Shown: positions 26,460-36,077 of the stretch, piece after piece
Layout of the letters: each line of letters begins with the position of its first letter
How positions within the stretch are numbered: the first letter of the stretch is position 1
Source: a virus
Taxonomy: Duplodnaviria > Heunggongvirae > Uroviricota > Caudoviricetes
Virus record (IMG/VR): IMGVR_UViG_3300032007_000003
Coordinates: 248,029-312,028 of that record
DNA: 64,000 bases
Strand: one strand, 5' to 3'
Made by a program: the position numbers and the translations under genes
The notes under the pieces: generated by a model
The model's database searches: none
What the model was told of the DNA's origin: nothing
What the model saw: only the letters and a program-made list of their open reading frames with translations

Positions 26460-26786
26460 ATGAGAGATTTTACTTATAGTGGTTTCGAAAACCAAGAAAC
26501 ATGTAACCATTTAAGAAACGGAGAAACATGTAAGGTTACTGGAATTGGAAACTCTATGACTCCCATATTAAAATCAAGGCAAGCAGTAATATGCGAACCA
26601 GTGAAAAATGATACTGAACTTAATAAAAAAGACATTGTGCTTTGTAAAGTTAGAGGTCATCACTATTTGCATTTAATACATGCAATCAAGAATGATAATG
26701 AATACCTTATTGGTAATAATCATGGTCATATGAATGGTTGGGTATCTAAAAAGCAAATCTATGGTAAAGTCGTAGAAGTTCTCTAA
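26460..26786 (+). CDS. S24/LexA-like peptidase-domain mini-protein (second copy)
   Basis: 'GIGNSMTPILKS' has the same G-x-SM-TP motif as 124-546. Confidence 0.4.
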   Translation: MRDFTYSGFENQETCNHLRNGETCKVTGIGNSMTPILKSRQAVICEPVKNDTELNKKDIVLCKVRGHHYLHLIHAIKNDNEYLIGNNHGHMNGWVSKKQIYGKVVEVL

Positions 26787-26827
26787 GGTCACAAAAGGCA
26801 AATGAGGGTTCGATTCCCTAGTGACTG
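26787..26827 (+). ncRNA. tRNA-like minihelix (homolog of 7199-7241)
   Basis: GGTCAC-AAAAGGCAAAT-GAGGGTTCGATTCCCTA-GTGACT. The linker AAAAGG(C/T)AAAT is shared with the first minihelix. Confidence 0.3.
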
Positions 26828-26964
26828 ACAATCATATTACGAGACAACAATCACATGTTTGGTAGATACCGCCAACTGAGTAGCAAATTGTACGATTCAT
26901 TCTAGATAGAGTACAAGATGTGAATGTGGTTCTAGGTAATATCTAGTTTAAATCGGTATCTTAT

Positions 26965-27038
26965 GGGGTCATAGCTCAGTTGGCTAGAGCACTTGCTTTG
27001 CAAGCAAGGGGTCGTGGGTTCGACTCCCACTGGCTCCA
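26965..27038 (+). tRNA. tRNA-Ala(TGC)
   Basis: Acceptor GGGGTCA/TGGCTCC with the G3-U70 Ala identity pair. Anticodon stem CTTGC/GCAAG with loop TTTGCAA. T-arm GTGGGTTCGACTCCCAC. Confidence 0.75.
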
Positions 27039-27303
27039 CATAAAACCTACGATGTAGGCGTAGATATGAAAGCGTGGGCACATTTGTCGCAAGGGTTCAC
27101 ACTAAGAAGAATGTAGGGAGAGATATGTAACAATGTCTATGCAGTACCACTAGCGTATAGAATACTATTTCTTTCGATGCTGCCTAATGGTGTGAGAAGC
27201 ACTCTGTGAAGTTCCTATGAGTGGATAGGTAAAAATAAGTCTTCAGCAGAGGTTAAGCTAGATTCCTGATAAATCATATCCGTAGGTTTTTTAAAGATTG
27301 TGG

Positions 27304-27381
27304 AGTAGAGAAGTAGTTAAACTCGCTAGGCTCATAACCTAGTCCCATGTGGTTCGTGGGTGCAAATCCCACCTCCGCTAC
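27304..27381 (+). tRNA. tRNA(CAT) Met/Ile2-like
   Basis: Anticodon stem CTAGG/CCTAG with loop CTCATAA. T-arm GTGGG-TGCAAAT-CCCAC. Acceptor AGTAGAG/CTCCGCT at 6 of 7 pairs. Confidence 0.45.
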
Positions 27382-27386
27382 AAATA

Positions 27387-27440
27387 GGAAGCTCACAGCA
27401 ATATTATATAGATTGCAACTCTAGGTTTAACATAGCTTCC
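27387..27440 (+). ncRNA. motif-initiated hairpin element
   Basis: GGAAGCTCACAGCAATATT ... AGCTTCC-GCTTTTT. The terminal stem is 7 bp. Confidence 0.3.
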
Positions 27441-27558
27441 GCTTTTTAATAACAATTTAAAAAATTAATTAATTATGAAGAAAATTAGTTTTTGGTAGAT
27501 TTTTGATTCTTTTTGGTAGCTAAAAAAGATTCGTGGTCCTGATGTATTCTTAATTTGG

Positions 27559-27936
27559 ATGGGAAAGGTAGTGAATAAATTAAAATCATTAGTTAATAAC
27601 AAACAAATTAAAGAATATATTAATATGGAAAAGAAAATTTTTACAGATAAGGAGACCACTAGAGAACAGTATCTTAAGTTTAAGGAATTCATTAAGTCAG
27701 ACGCATACAAAGACCATTCTGACTATGTAGCTTACTACATTTTTAAGCATCGTATTGAGGGTGCAGACCGTGACGCATATCTTGAGGATGAGGTTAGAAA
27801 CCGTTGTTACAAGATGTTGTACAGTGGTCGTTGGGGTGTAAGCGGTGGTGACATGACCGAGAGTTATGTTATCCCAGCATTCAAGAACGCAGTAATCAAG
27901 GTGTATAACAAGTATGCAGACCCAACAGAAGAGTAA
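27559..27936 (+). CDS. hypothetical protein
   Basis: 125-aa ORF. The true start may be the internal Met at about 27622. Confidence 0.4.
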   Translation: MGKVVNKLKSLVNNKQIKEYINMEKKIFTDKETTREQYLKFKEFIKSDAYKDHSDYVAYYIFKHRIEGADRDAYLEDEVRNRCYKMLYSGRWGVSGGDMTESYVIPAFKNAVIKVYNKYADPTEE

Positions 27937-28235
27937 TGGAGAAGAGAAAATTATACATTTTGATTGACAAGTCGCTCAAACCAGTGTACGGATGCGTACA
28001 AGGTGGTCATGCAGTTGCGCAATGGATGCTAGAACATCCTCACAGTAGAGAGTGGCAAAATGATTATTTGATTTACTTAAGTGCTGATGTGCCTAAGTGG
28101 AGGAAAAGACTAAAGGGTTTTGGTGTTGAGTATACAGAGTTCAAAGAACCTGACCTCGACTTTAAAACAACTGCTTTAGCGGTTTTCGGACACGAAGAGC
28201 TATTCAAAAGGTTGAAGGTTGTTACCGAAGACTAA
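27936..28235 (+). CDS. PTH2-family peptidyl-tRNA hydrolase-like protein
   Basis: 'LYILIDKSLKPVYGCVQGGHAVAQW' and '...TALAVFGHEE' resemble the PTH2 'GKxAAQxxHA' and 'TVLAIGP' blocks. The call is tentative. Confidence 0.35.
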   Translation: MEKRKLYILIDKSLKPVYGCVQGGHAVAQWMLEHPHSREWQNDYLIYLSADVPKWRKRLKGFGVEYTEFKEPDLDFKTTALAVFGHEELFKRLKVVTED

Positions 28236-28243
28236 AAACAATA

Positions 28244-28281
28244 TAAAAACGTCATAGGCTCTTCGCTTATGACGTTTTTTT
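28244..28281 (+). terminator. rho-independent terminator
   Basis: AACGTCATA...TATGACGTT stem followed by TTTTTTT. Confidence 0.6.
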
Positions 28282-28294
28282 ATTTAATTTACTT

Positions 28295-28334
28295 AAAAAA
28301 TTTGGTTATTTCAATTTTTTTCCATATATTTGCA
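28295..28334 (+). promoter_or_regulatory. conserved promoter copy
   Basis: AAAAAATTTGGTTATTTCAATTTTTTTCCATATATTTGCA. Confidence 0.5.
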
Positions 28335-28380
28335 GCATGAATGTGTTGGGGCTAAGATTGTATTAATTAAATAAAGTATA

Positions 28381-28456
28381 TGGGCATATGGCAGAGTGGT
28401 CGATTGCAACGGCTTCTAGGACCGTAAAAGGCGTGGGTTCGAATCCTACTATGCTC
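28381..28456 (+). tRNA. candidate amber-suppressor tRNA (anticodon CTA)
   Basis: Acceptor GGGCATA/TATGCTC. D-arm GGCAGAGTGGTCGATTGC. The anticodon stem ACGGC/ACCGT (C-A mismatch at 31-39) with loop TTCTAGG gives CTA. An alternative is a 4-bp stem with the 9-nt loop CTTCTAGGA. T-arm GTGGGTTCGAATCCTAC. Confidence 0.4.
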
Positions 28457-28840
28457 ACTACGGCTTGGCGTACCCATATTGGGTGCTGAAATAGGTTAGA
28501 CAAGCACAAGCCACGTAAGAAATGGCAGACATGCAGTAATGCGGTGCGAGGATTAGTCCCTTGCCCTAGTTCCTTGATGGTTAAGAGGATACCTTTATGG
28601 TTGGTATAGGCAAACCTATTTTATGTTATGGCAAGCGAAAATAAAAAGAAAAAAGCAAAGAATTCTTATTTAGCCAATGCTAATAAGACTACTGATAAAT
28701 TGAAGAGAATTAACTTTTACAATAAGATAAATAGAGCAGAAAATAAGTGTAAAGTTAAGGATTGTTAAAGTTGAATTAATCATTTGGTTGGTTCAACTTT
28801 TTTTCGTATCTTTACATCAGAAATTTAAAAACAAGGAAAT

Positions 28841-29326
28841 ATGAAGAAAGTAATTTTATTTACAGTGGCTTTGGTAACGATGTGTCTCACATCTTGTAAC
28901 CATGATGTTATTATGGCTGATTTTATGTATGCTTTTGCTGATTATGAATATCGTGAGAGCCAAATCAATTGTGAGTGTATCCAAAAGGTATATGATACAA
29001 AGGGTGAGTATAGACCAAATGCAAAGGAACTGAGTGATTCACTTACCTCTGTTTTCGAGAATGTTGTAACTGAATGCTTTGACTCACTGTATATCAAGTA
29101 TGGCGATAAGATAGTCGCAAAGATGGTATATAGGCAAAACGGTATTGTTCTTGAGAATAAGGAAATGTTGCATAAGTTCTACGTCAATAAATCCGTATCA
29201 AAGATAATGAACAACGTAGCTTTGCAGATTAAGACTCAAAGTATCCTTAACCCTTCTGAAGAGGACAAACTAGAGGCAATCAGAGAGGCTTTCGGAGAAG
29301 GTTGGTATAATTATTACAAAGACTAG
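28841..29326 (+). CDS. lipoprotein
   Basis: Signal peptide plus lipobox MKKVILFTVALVTMCLTSC. Confidence 0.5.
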   Translation: MKKVILFTVALVTMCLTSCNHDVIMADFMYAFADYEYRESQINCECIQKVYDTKGEYRPNAKELSDSLTSVFENVVTECFDSLYIKYGDKIVAKMVYRQNGIVLENKEMLHKFYVNKSVSKIMNNVALQIKTQSILNPSEEDKLEAIREAFGEGWYNYYKD

Positions 29327-29347
29327 ATTGTTAATGTCCTATAATTA

Positions 29348-29803
29348 ATGTTAATATTGAGTAAGGTATTTGCCTTTCTCAATTTTTTTTTATATATTTG
29401 CCAAAAATATTGTGTTGTTATGAAGGAAATAGAATACAAACTTGCCAAGAATTTTAATGAGATATTAAATACCAAGAGTAAAACTGATTTTTTTGAGGTG
29501 TTCGTTCTTACTCCTAGCGGTGCAACAGCAAAGAGAAGACTTGCTAGATGTAGGATAGAATATGGCTTTTATTGTAAACGTTTGACACTCGTGTATTTCG
29601 ATACATATGGCAGAATGACTACTAGTTTTACTTATCAAATAAATTCTAATAATAAGATAGATTCGAATGTCTTATATGATTATGAGATTGTAACAACATC
29701 ACGAGATTTCGCTTATAAGCATTGCATGGAAGAGATAAAGAAACAAATAAAGAGATTAAGAGGAAAAGAATGTCAATTGCATAAAACAATATATCATGTC
29801 TAG
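29348..29803 (+). CDS. hypothetical protein
   Basis: 151-aa ORF. The likely start is the MKEIEYK Met at about 29420. Confidence 0.4.
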   Translation: MLILSKVFAFLNFFLYICQKYCVVMKEIEYKLAKNFNEILNTKSKTDFFEVFVLTPSGATAKRRLARCRIEYGFYCKRLTLVYFDTYGRMTTSFTYQINSNNKIDSNVLYDYEIVTTSRDFAYKHCMEEIKKQIKRLRGKECQLHKTIYHV

Positions 29804-29857
29804 AGAAAAGAAAAAATAGATTATAAAACTACAAAACGAATTATATTCAGTAGAATA

Positions 29858-30349
29858 ATGGAAATAGAAGAATTGGCAAAGAGAGTAGCGTTTGCTCTTA
29901 TGGATAAGAACTATAAGATTGCAACTGCTGAAGAGTGTACTGCTGGACTTGTTGGCGCTGCTATTGCAAGTCAAGACTATGCTCAGAGGTGGTATAAGGG
30001 TACTATTGTTACATATGATGAAGCTAGTGCTTGTAAAGTTTTAGAAGTTCAAGACTACACCATTAAAAGGAATGACTTTGTTAGCACTCAAGTGGTGAGT
30101 CAAATGGCATTAACAACATTATATAGGTTTGATGTAAATATTGCATTGGCAATTAATGGGTATGTTGATGGATATGGAAGTACCAATGTTCCAGCTGGGG
30201 ATGTACAAATCTGTGTAGCAAAATTAGTTGGAAAATCAGTGTCTTTCAAAAATAAGAAGCTGTTAGTTAGAGGAAAGGATAGAGGGAAGAATATTGAAGA
30301 AGCAATTAAGGAGGCTCTTATCCTTATAATGGAATCAATTGTAGATTAA
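29858..30349 (+). CDS. CinA C-terminal domain protein (PncC-like NMN deamidase)
   Basis: 'IATAEECTAGLVGAAIAS ... GTIVTYDEASACKVL ... VVSQMA' matches the CinA_C pattern (AESCTGG...G.V.YS...VS..A). Confidence 0.55.
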   Translation: MEIEELAKRVAFALMDKNYKIATAEECTAGLVGAAIASQDYAQRWYKGTIVTYDEASACKVLEVQDYTIKRNDFVSTQVVSQMALTTLYRFDVNIALAINGYVDGYGSTNVPAGDVQICVAKLVGKSVSFKNKKLLVRGKDRGKNIEEAIKEALILIMESIVD

Positions 30350-30350
30350 T

Positions 30351-30734
30351 ATGGAAGGTTGCGCATTTTGTGATATAGAGAAAAGAATAGATGAATCGAG
30401 AATAATATATCAAGATTCAACTTGGATTGCGATATTAGATGGGTATCCAGTTTCAGAGGGGCATACATTATTAATACCAAAGAGACATTGTGAAACATAT
30501 TTTGATTTAAATTATCTTGAACTTGAATCTCTTGGCGTAACAATTGGTATTGTTAAAAGACTATTGGATACCAAATACCATCCAAATGGATATAATGTGG
30601 GAGTTAACTGTGGTGAGGCTGCTGGTCAAACCATCATGCATTGTCATGTACATATCATACCACGTTATAATGGTGATTGCGAAAATCCTAGAGGTGGTGT
30701 CAGAGGTGTTATACCAAATAAGATGTCATATTAG
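30351..30734 (+). CDS. HIT-family nucleotide hydrolase
   Basis: The histidine triad 'HCHVHIIPR' and an upstream 'HTLLIPKRH'. Confidence 0.65.
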   Translation: MEGCAFCDIEKRIDESRIIYQDSTWIAILDGYPVSEGHTLLIPKRHCETYFDLNYLELESLGVTIGIVKRLLDTKYHPNGYNVGVNCGEAAGQTIMHCHVHIIPRYNGDCENPRGGVRGVIPNKMSY

Positions 30735-30800
30735 GTTAAAAAGTATTAAATAATTTTGTTATATCAATCATTTTCCGTATATTTGCATGGTGAATGAATA

Positions 30801-30877
30801 GGACTCGTATCGGCTCTGTCTCATAAGCAGTTGAAACCGTAGTTGGTTACAGGTGGGTTCAAGCCCCTCCGAGTCCA
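30801..30877 (+). tRNA. tRNA-like (perfect acceptor and T-arm, interior unresolved)
   Basis: Acceptor GGACTCG/CGAGTCC. T-loop GGTTCAAGCCC. No clear anticodon arm. Confidence 0.35.
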
Positions 30878-31003
30878 CAATATACATTTGGTGGAGATAG
30901 AGCAAGTTGGTAATCAGGCCTTTACCTTCTTGAAGTTCATTAACACTGGGGTATATTCTAGACATGTTTAGGCTTTGCTTGTTGGGCGTTATCAATAAGT
31001 ACT

Positions 31004-31078
31004 TGCGGGGTGGCGCAGTTGGTTAGCGCACTAGGGGGCATGCCCTAGAGGTCAATGGTTCGAATCCATTCTCCGCTA
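31004..31078 (+). tRNA. tRNA with CAT in a 6-nt anticodon loop (CTAGGG-GGCATG-CCCTAG)
   Basis: D-arm GCGCAGTTGGTTAGCGC. The anticodon arm has a 6-bp stem and a 6-nt loop. T-arm AATGGTTCGAATCCATT. Acceptor TGCGGGG/CTCCGCT. Confidence 0.4.
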
Positions 31079-31094
31079 CATAAAAGATGAAGAA

Positions 31095-31505
31095 ATGAAT
31101 GTATTTGTTACAAAGGATGGATGTACGACATTACACAATGTAGATTTTTCCATCGGAGACGTTGTTAGGATAACTGACTATGGCTCTAGGGCAGCTAATC
31201 AAGCTAGTTGTGCAAGGGATACTTTATTTCCTACTGGTCGTACTGTTAACTTGGATGAAGTGATTGTTAATACTGAATATCACAAATGCAATGAACTATA
31301 TCATTCGATGTGGTGGAAAATTGTTGATGTTGGTTGTTTTAAAAGCGATATTCCAACAAACAATAGTCGTGTTATATTGAGACTTATGAATAGGACAAAG
31401 GGGGAATTGATTTTTATATATGACCCTAGAGAAACCAAACATGATATTGCTTTAGTGAGGAAAAGTAAGAAACAAATTGATACATACGACATTAACTTTT
31501 ATTAA
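31095..31505 (+). CDS. hypothetical protein
   Basis: 136-aa ORF. Confidence 0.4.
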   Translation: MNVFVTKDGCTTLHNVDFSIGDVVRITDYGSRAANQASCARDTLFPTGRTVNLDEVIVNTEYHKCNELYHSMWWKIVDVGCFKSDIPTNNSRVILRLMNRTKGELIFIYDPRETKHDIALVRKSKKQIDTYDINFY

Positions 31506-31588
31506 CTGAAATAATTTGGTTTTTCCAAATGTTTTTCATATATTTGCACCGAATTTAATATTAACTTTTAAATAGAGAATAAAATAGT

Positions 31589-32422
31589 ATGAAGAAGTTT
31601 TTAACAATGTTTTCATTCGTCATTATGTTGACGATGAGTATGACAATGACATCTTGTATCGGTTGCACAACAGCAAATGCTGACGAGGAAATTGTTTTGA
31701 TTGACAAGCCTTGGTTCTTAGGTCATGGTGGTGTACAAAGTGAACCAGTTGAAACTGGTCTTGAGTGGATTTGGTGGTCTACTGACACAGAGACTTTCAA
31801 GATTGTGCCTTTTAAGCATCAAGTGGATATGGATGATTTGTTCAGTGATGACAATACTCCGTTGGATTTCCATACCATTATAATTACACAGATTCAAAAG
31901 GGTAAATCACCAATTCTATTGCAGAACTACGGTACTGATTGGTTCAATACCAACCTTTATAATTACTACTGCAATCTTGTGCGAGACCATATTTCACAGC
32001 ATAGTCCATTTGACCTTATGTCGAATCGAGCGATTCTGAATGAGATTGATGCAAAGGTGCTTAAGCAGATGCAGAGTTATGTGGCTGAGTTATCCAAGGA
32101 GAAGGAGTTTCCAGTAACGGTTCGCCAAGTAACTATTGGTAAGGCAATTCCTAACAAGGAGCAGCTTGCGGAAATGAATAAGACAGCGAAGGCAGTGCAA
32201 GCAAAGCAGACTCAAGAGCGACAAGTTGAGGTTGAGTTGGCTCGTGAGAAAGCTGAGAGACAGAGAGCAAAGGCTGATAAGGCTTATAGGGAAGAGCTTG
32301 GTCTTAGTACGCAAGACTTCATTAGTTTGAAGTGGATTGAGACTATCGCAGCTAAGAATGGCGCAAATATTGATGTGATGGTTGGTGGTGGTTCTACCCC
32401 AATGTGGAATATCAAACATTAA
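31589..32422 (+). CDS. lipoprotein with C-terminal coiled coil
   Basis: Signal/lipobox ...MTSCIGC. The C-terminal K/E/Q/R-rich coiled coil is AKAVQAKQTQERQVEVELAREKAERQRAKADKAY. Confidence 0.45.
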   Translation: MKKFLTMFSFVIMLTMSMTMTSCIGCTTANADEEIVLIDKPWFLGHGGVQSEPVETGLEWIWWSTDTETFKIVPFKHQVDMDDLFSDDNTPLDFHTIIITQIQKGKSPILLQNYGTDWFNTNLYNYYCNLVRDHISQHSPFDLMSNRAILNEIDAKVLKQMQSYVAELSKEKEFPVTVRQVTIGKAIPNKEQLAEMNKTAKAVQAKQTQERQVEVELAREKAERQRAKADKAYREELGLSTQDFISLKWIETIAAKNGANIDVMVGGGSTPMWNIKH

Positions 32423-32631
32423 TAATACAAGGATGGGCGAGTTTTCCTTTTTTAACAAGACATTAGGGTGAAGTGTCTTTAAAAAACTCGTAAGATTGGC
32501 TTGTCTTAAGGAGCTGAGTGGGTTGTCGGAATTCGACTCTGTGGGGTGAACTAAACCGTCTCGTTAGCTGAGTACAGCCGTTGCCTTTGGGGAAGTGAGC
32601 AACATACTAGTTAAAATCATTTCCCCATTTT

Positions 32632-32718
32632 TATATCTCCTTCGTCTATCGGTTAGGACACCTAGGGGTAACTCACGTGGTAAGAGAGGTTCGATTCCTC
32701 TAGGAGATTCTATAGCAG
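32632..32718 (+). tRNA. tRNA-like (perfect acceptor and T-arm, interior unresolved)
   Basis: Acceptor ATCTCCT/AGGAGAT. T-arm AGAGGTTCGATTCCTCT. It is 87 nt long. Confidence 0.3.
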
Positions 32719-32992
32719 TCTTGTAGGTCAAGATATAAGGGAAATACCCAATTATCTTTGCGAGGTGGAAAAACATTCACAAAGGATGTCATTTTCGCAA
32801 TGCCGATTCATAAATTAGAATAACAACTACTAGTGAGTGAGTCAAAGGGTAAAGTAACGAAAGACTTGGGTAACGCCAAAGCGCTGCTAGCAGCATAAAA
32901 GTCATGGTGGTGTAGCACGTGATACTTAATAAGACTTCGGTTGACCATCATAGTTCGTGAGACATGCGTATATCGTTTATAGCGAACATCAT

Positions 32993-33129
32993 GTGCGGTT
33001 CGTCTAGTGGTTCAGGACAACGTTTAAAAAAGTTTTTTAACGTTTCCGTTAGGAAATAGACAGCAGATGTATTATTGAAAAATTATGCATTCCAAGCCGT
33101 AAACAGAGGTTCGAATCCTCTACCGCACT
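32993..33129 (+). tRNA. interrupted tRNA (Glu-like D-arm; about 70-nt insertion with ...CGTTTCC-GTTA-GGAAATAGACAGCAG...)
   Basis: 5' GTGCGGT-TC-GTCTAGTGGTTCAGGAC; 3' AGAGGTTCGAATCCTCT-ACCGCAC. The acceptor pairs perfectly. The insertion holds a hairpin and the motif pair. Confidence 0.4.
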
Positions 33130-33151
33130 CTAATCATTTATTTTATTAATA

Positions 33152-34120
33152 ATGGCAGAATTAACAGACATCTTTAGTGCAATGACAGCCAACGAGACAA
33201 TCGAGGTGGCGAAAGAGCAGAAGAATCCAAAGAAGCTCTATAAGGAGTTCTGGTTTGAGAATGAGGTGTGCTGCTTATTTGCAGATGCTAATGTTGGTAA
33301 GAGTATTCTTGCCGTACAGATTAGCAATGCTATTGCTGAAAAGCTACCAAAGAATGAATATATATTATATTATGACTTTGAGTTAAGCAAGAAGCAGTTT
33401 GAGCTTCGTTACACTGACGAGAAGAATAAGAGTACTTTTAAGTTCAATGATAGATTTATTCGAGTTGAGCTTAATACAGATAAGGTAAAAGAGTATTGTG
33501 AATCTTCAAAAGCTAGCTTTGATGACATCATCATGGATGCTATTGAAGCCAATATTCAGAAATACAACTCAAAGATTCTGATTGTTGATAACCTCAGTTG
33601 GTTGGTTAATATGAAAGACACCGCTACTACTGCTGGTAAACTCATGCAGAAGCTTTGCACTATCAAAAAGAAATATGGTGCTAGCGTTCTAGTACTTTCT
33701 CATACACCGAAGAGAAACTTGGGTTCTCCATTAACTCAGAATAGCCTTAGTGGTAGCAAGAAATTGACTAACTTCTTTGATGCAATGTTCGCAGTTGGAA
33801 TGAGTATTAAAGACCCTTCAGTGAGATACATCAAGCAGATTAAGGTGCGTACTGGTGAGTTCAAGTATGGCGCTAACCATGTTTACCTCTGTAAGATTGA
33901 GAAGAGTGGTAGTTTCTTAGGGTTCACACACATTGGTTTCTCAAGTGAGGATGAACAGCTTAAGAAAGATAGTGTTTCTAGAGGAACAAAAGCTGTAAAG
34001 GCTCACAAGGGTAAAAGGGGACGTAAGTCTAGAAGGATGTATAGAAGTGTATTAGCGTCAGCACAGATAGACTTAGTAAGCCAAATGGCAAATGAAGCTT
34101 TTGAAACATTTTATAAATAA
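33152..34120 (+). CDS. RecA-like P-loop NTPase (DnaB/RepA-like AAA_25 family)
   Basis: Walker A 'ADANVGKS'. Walker B-like 'ILIVDNLSW'. 'VLVLSHTPK' is typical of RecA-fold helicase/RepA proteins. Confidence 0.5.
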   Translation: MAELTDIFSAMTANETIEVAKEQKNPKKLYKEFWFENEVCCLFADANVGKSILAVQISNAIAEKLPKNEYILYYDFELSKKQFELRYTDEKNKSTFKFNDRFIRVELNTDKVKEYCESSKASFDDIIMDAIEANIQKYNSKILIVDNLSWLVNMKDTATTAGKLMQKLCTIKKKYGASVLVLSHTPKRNLGSPLTQNSLSGSKKLTNFFDAMFAVGMSIKDPSVRYIKQIKVRTGEFKYGANHVYLCKIEKSGSFLGFTHIGFSSEDEQLKKDSVSRGTKAVKAHKGKRGRKSRRMYRSVLASAQIDLVSQMANEAFETFYK

Positions 34121-34123
34121 GGT

Positions 34124-34744
34124 ATGAAAAAAAATTTTACATTATACGGCTGTTTGGGAAAATTACTGTTTGCGGTAATCCTATTGATGGGATTTGTTTG
34201 GGGATTTTCCAAGTTATTTCCAAGAGCATACGATACTTTGGAAACAAAAGCACTAGGTATAAAAGAAGACAGTGTTATAGCAATAATTCAGAAAAAGGAT
34301 AGTGTACCAAAGAAATGTAATCTAAACGATAGTATACAATGGGCACAAGTAGACAGTCCGAAGTTAGCGGTTAAATTGGAACATGAAGACAATTGTTACA
34401 TCGTTCCAGTAAAACTCAACGGAATACCAATGAAGATGATGCTTGATACTGGTGCAGCAAACATATCAATCTCAATAATAGAATATGAATTCTTCAAAAA
34501 ACAGAATCTATTGTCTGAAAAATGTGTTGGCGAAACTGAATGTTCCATTGCTGATGGCAGTATAGTGAAAGCATATACAACTAAGATTGCCGAAGTAGAG
34601 CTTGGAGGAGAGGTTGTTAATGACATTGAATGCGTTGTGATGCCTCAATCAGATGCTCCATTACTCCTTGGAATGAATGTTTTGCGCAAGTTTGGTAATA
34701 TTCGCATTGATTATAACCGAAATCTTCTGATTTTAAAGGAATAA
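34124..34744 (+). CDS. membrane-anchored retropepsin-like aspartyl protease
   Basis: An N-terminal TM helix; 'MMLDTGAANISIS' (DTGA catalytic motif); C-terminal 'LLLGMNVL'. Confidence 0.45.
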   Translation: MKKNFTLYGCLGKLLFAVILLMGFVWGFSKLFPRAYDTLETKALGIKEDSVIAIIQKKDSVPKKCNLNDSIQWAQVDSPKLAVKLEHEDNCYIVPVKLNGIPMKMMLDTGAANISISIIEYEFFKKQNLLSEKCVGETECSIADGSIVKAYTTKIAEVELGGEVVNDIECVVMPQSDAPLLLGMNVLRKFGNIRIDYNRNLLILKE

Positions 34745-34771
34745 TCAATAATTTTACAAAAGTTAACATTT

Positions 34772-34809
34772 AAAATTTGGAAGTTACGAAAATTATCTAT
34801 ATCTTTGCA
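34772..34809 (+). promoter_or_regulatory. conserved promoter copy (first of a tandem pair; the second is at 34905-34942)
   Basis: AAAATTTGGAAGTTACGAAAATTATCTATATCTTTGCA. A second copy lies about 130 nt downstream. Confidence 0.5.
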
Positions 34810-35012
34810 TTGTCAATGAGACAATTGTGAGAAACACATTATCTAATACTGTGGAAAACACAAAAGATAAATTCCTTAAGAGATTTTAACAAAAAAAACT
34901 TCTCAAAAATTTGGAAATAAGAAAAAAAGGATATATCTTTGCAATGTCAATGAGACAAACAACAAACATATAAAATTACAGTTCACATTATTAACTTTTA
35001 AACTTAAACAAA

Positions 35013-35366
35013 ATGGGAAAGTTTTTACAGATGATGAGTCAGAATGACTCAAAGGCTCTTGTAGCACGTGCGTCACAGATTAACATGCAGGCTTCAATTG
35101 CACAAGCAAACATCGTTCAGAAGCTGAAGAACGATATTGCTGAGGTGGAGATTGAGATTCAGAATCTCACTGATTTCGCACCAGACACAACTCAGTCACT
35201 CCGTCCAGGTGTAAAGGGTTGGCAGCCAGCTAAGTGGGCATCTGACCTTCAGGATGCTAAGACTCGTCTTTACGAGTTGAACATCGAGTTGAAGATTGCT
35301 GAGGCTACTCAGAAGGAGTTCTTCGGTGATGATGAGGATGCAGCTCTTGCTCCTACTGAGGACTAA
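35013..35366 (+). CDS. hypothetical protein
   Basis: 117-aa ORF downstream of the tandem promoters. Confidence 0.4.
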   Translation: MGKFLQMMSQNDSKALVARASQINMQASIAQANIVQKLKNDIAEVEIEIQNLTDFAPDTTQSLRPGVKGWQPAKWASDLQDAKTRLYELNIELKIAEATQKEFFGDDEDAALAPTED

Positions 35367-35474
35367 GAACTAGTGATAGCTCTTATTACTGAGTGAAAAC
35401 AAGGTGGGTGTTCAGCCTTGAGCACCCACCTTTAGTCTAAAATTAAGTATTAACAAAAAAACACAAAGAGACTT

Positions 35475-36008
35475 ATGTGGAATTACAGAAAACTTAGTCG
35501 CAGAGAGAGTCCTATGGCAGAGATTCTTGCCAAGTGCTCTTGCAAAGCTAACATTAATCTAGTGATTTACCACCTCTCTGAGAATCATGTGGAGTGTGCG
35601 ACAGTTCCTAACGTTGACCAGTTCCGTTTAGGTGAGACTGCACGTACTATTAAGGCTGATTCACAGCACAATCACGCAATTCTTGCATACGACCTTGGTA
35701 CTAACGAGGTTTACAAGATTGAGGATGTACCAGAACTGCCAGTAGCATCTGCGGTATTGCTTTGCGTAGTTACCGAGTTGATGAATGGCGCAGTTATGCC
35801 TCGTGAGAATCAGTATGGCGCTCCAGTTGCAGCTCGTAAGGTTGCAGCTCCTACAAACAACGTTGCTCGTGCAGCAAACGGACGTTTCGTAAGACAAGAG
35901 CCTCAGTACGAAGAGAGGTTTGAAGAGCCAGCACCAAGACCTACTAGAGTCGTTGACGAGGGCGCACCCCTCATCAGAGGTCATCGCTTCCGTCTTGGTA
36001 AGCACTAA
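35475..36008 (+). CDS. hypothetical protein
   Basis: 177-aa ORF with higher GC and an Ala/Pro-rich C-terminus. Confidence 0.4.
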   Translation: MWNYRKLSRRESPMAEILAKCSCKANINLVIYHLSENHVECATVPNVDQFRLGETARTIKADSQHNHAILAYDLGTNEVYKIEDVPELPVASAVLLCVVTELMNGAVMPRENQYGAPVAARKVAAPTNNVARAANGRFVRQEPQYEERFEEPAPRPTRVVDEGAPLIRGHRFRLGKH

Positions 36009-36018
36009 AAATCTAAAC

Positions 36019-36066
36019 AAAGGTTTATCATTTCGGAGAATGGATGATAAACCTTTTATTTTTTAC
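36019..36066 (+). terminator. rho-independent terminator
   Basis: AAGGTTTATCAT...ATGATAAACCTT stem followed by TTATTTTTT. Confidence 0.55.
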
Positions 36067-36077
36067 GGTTGGGTGGC

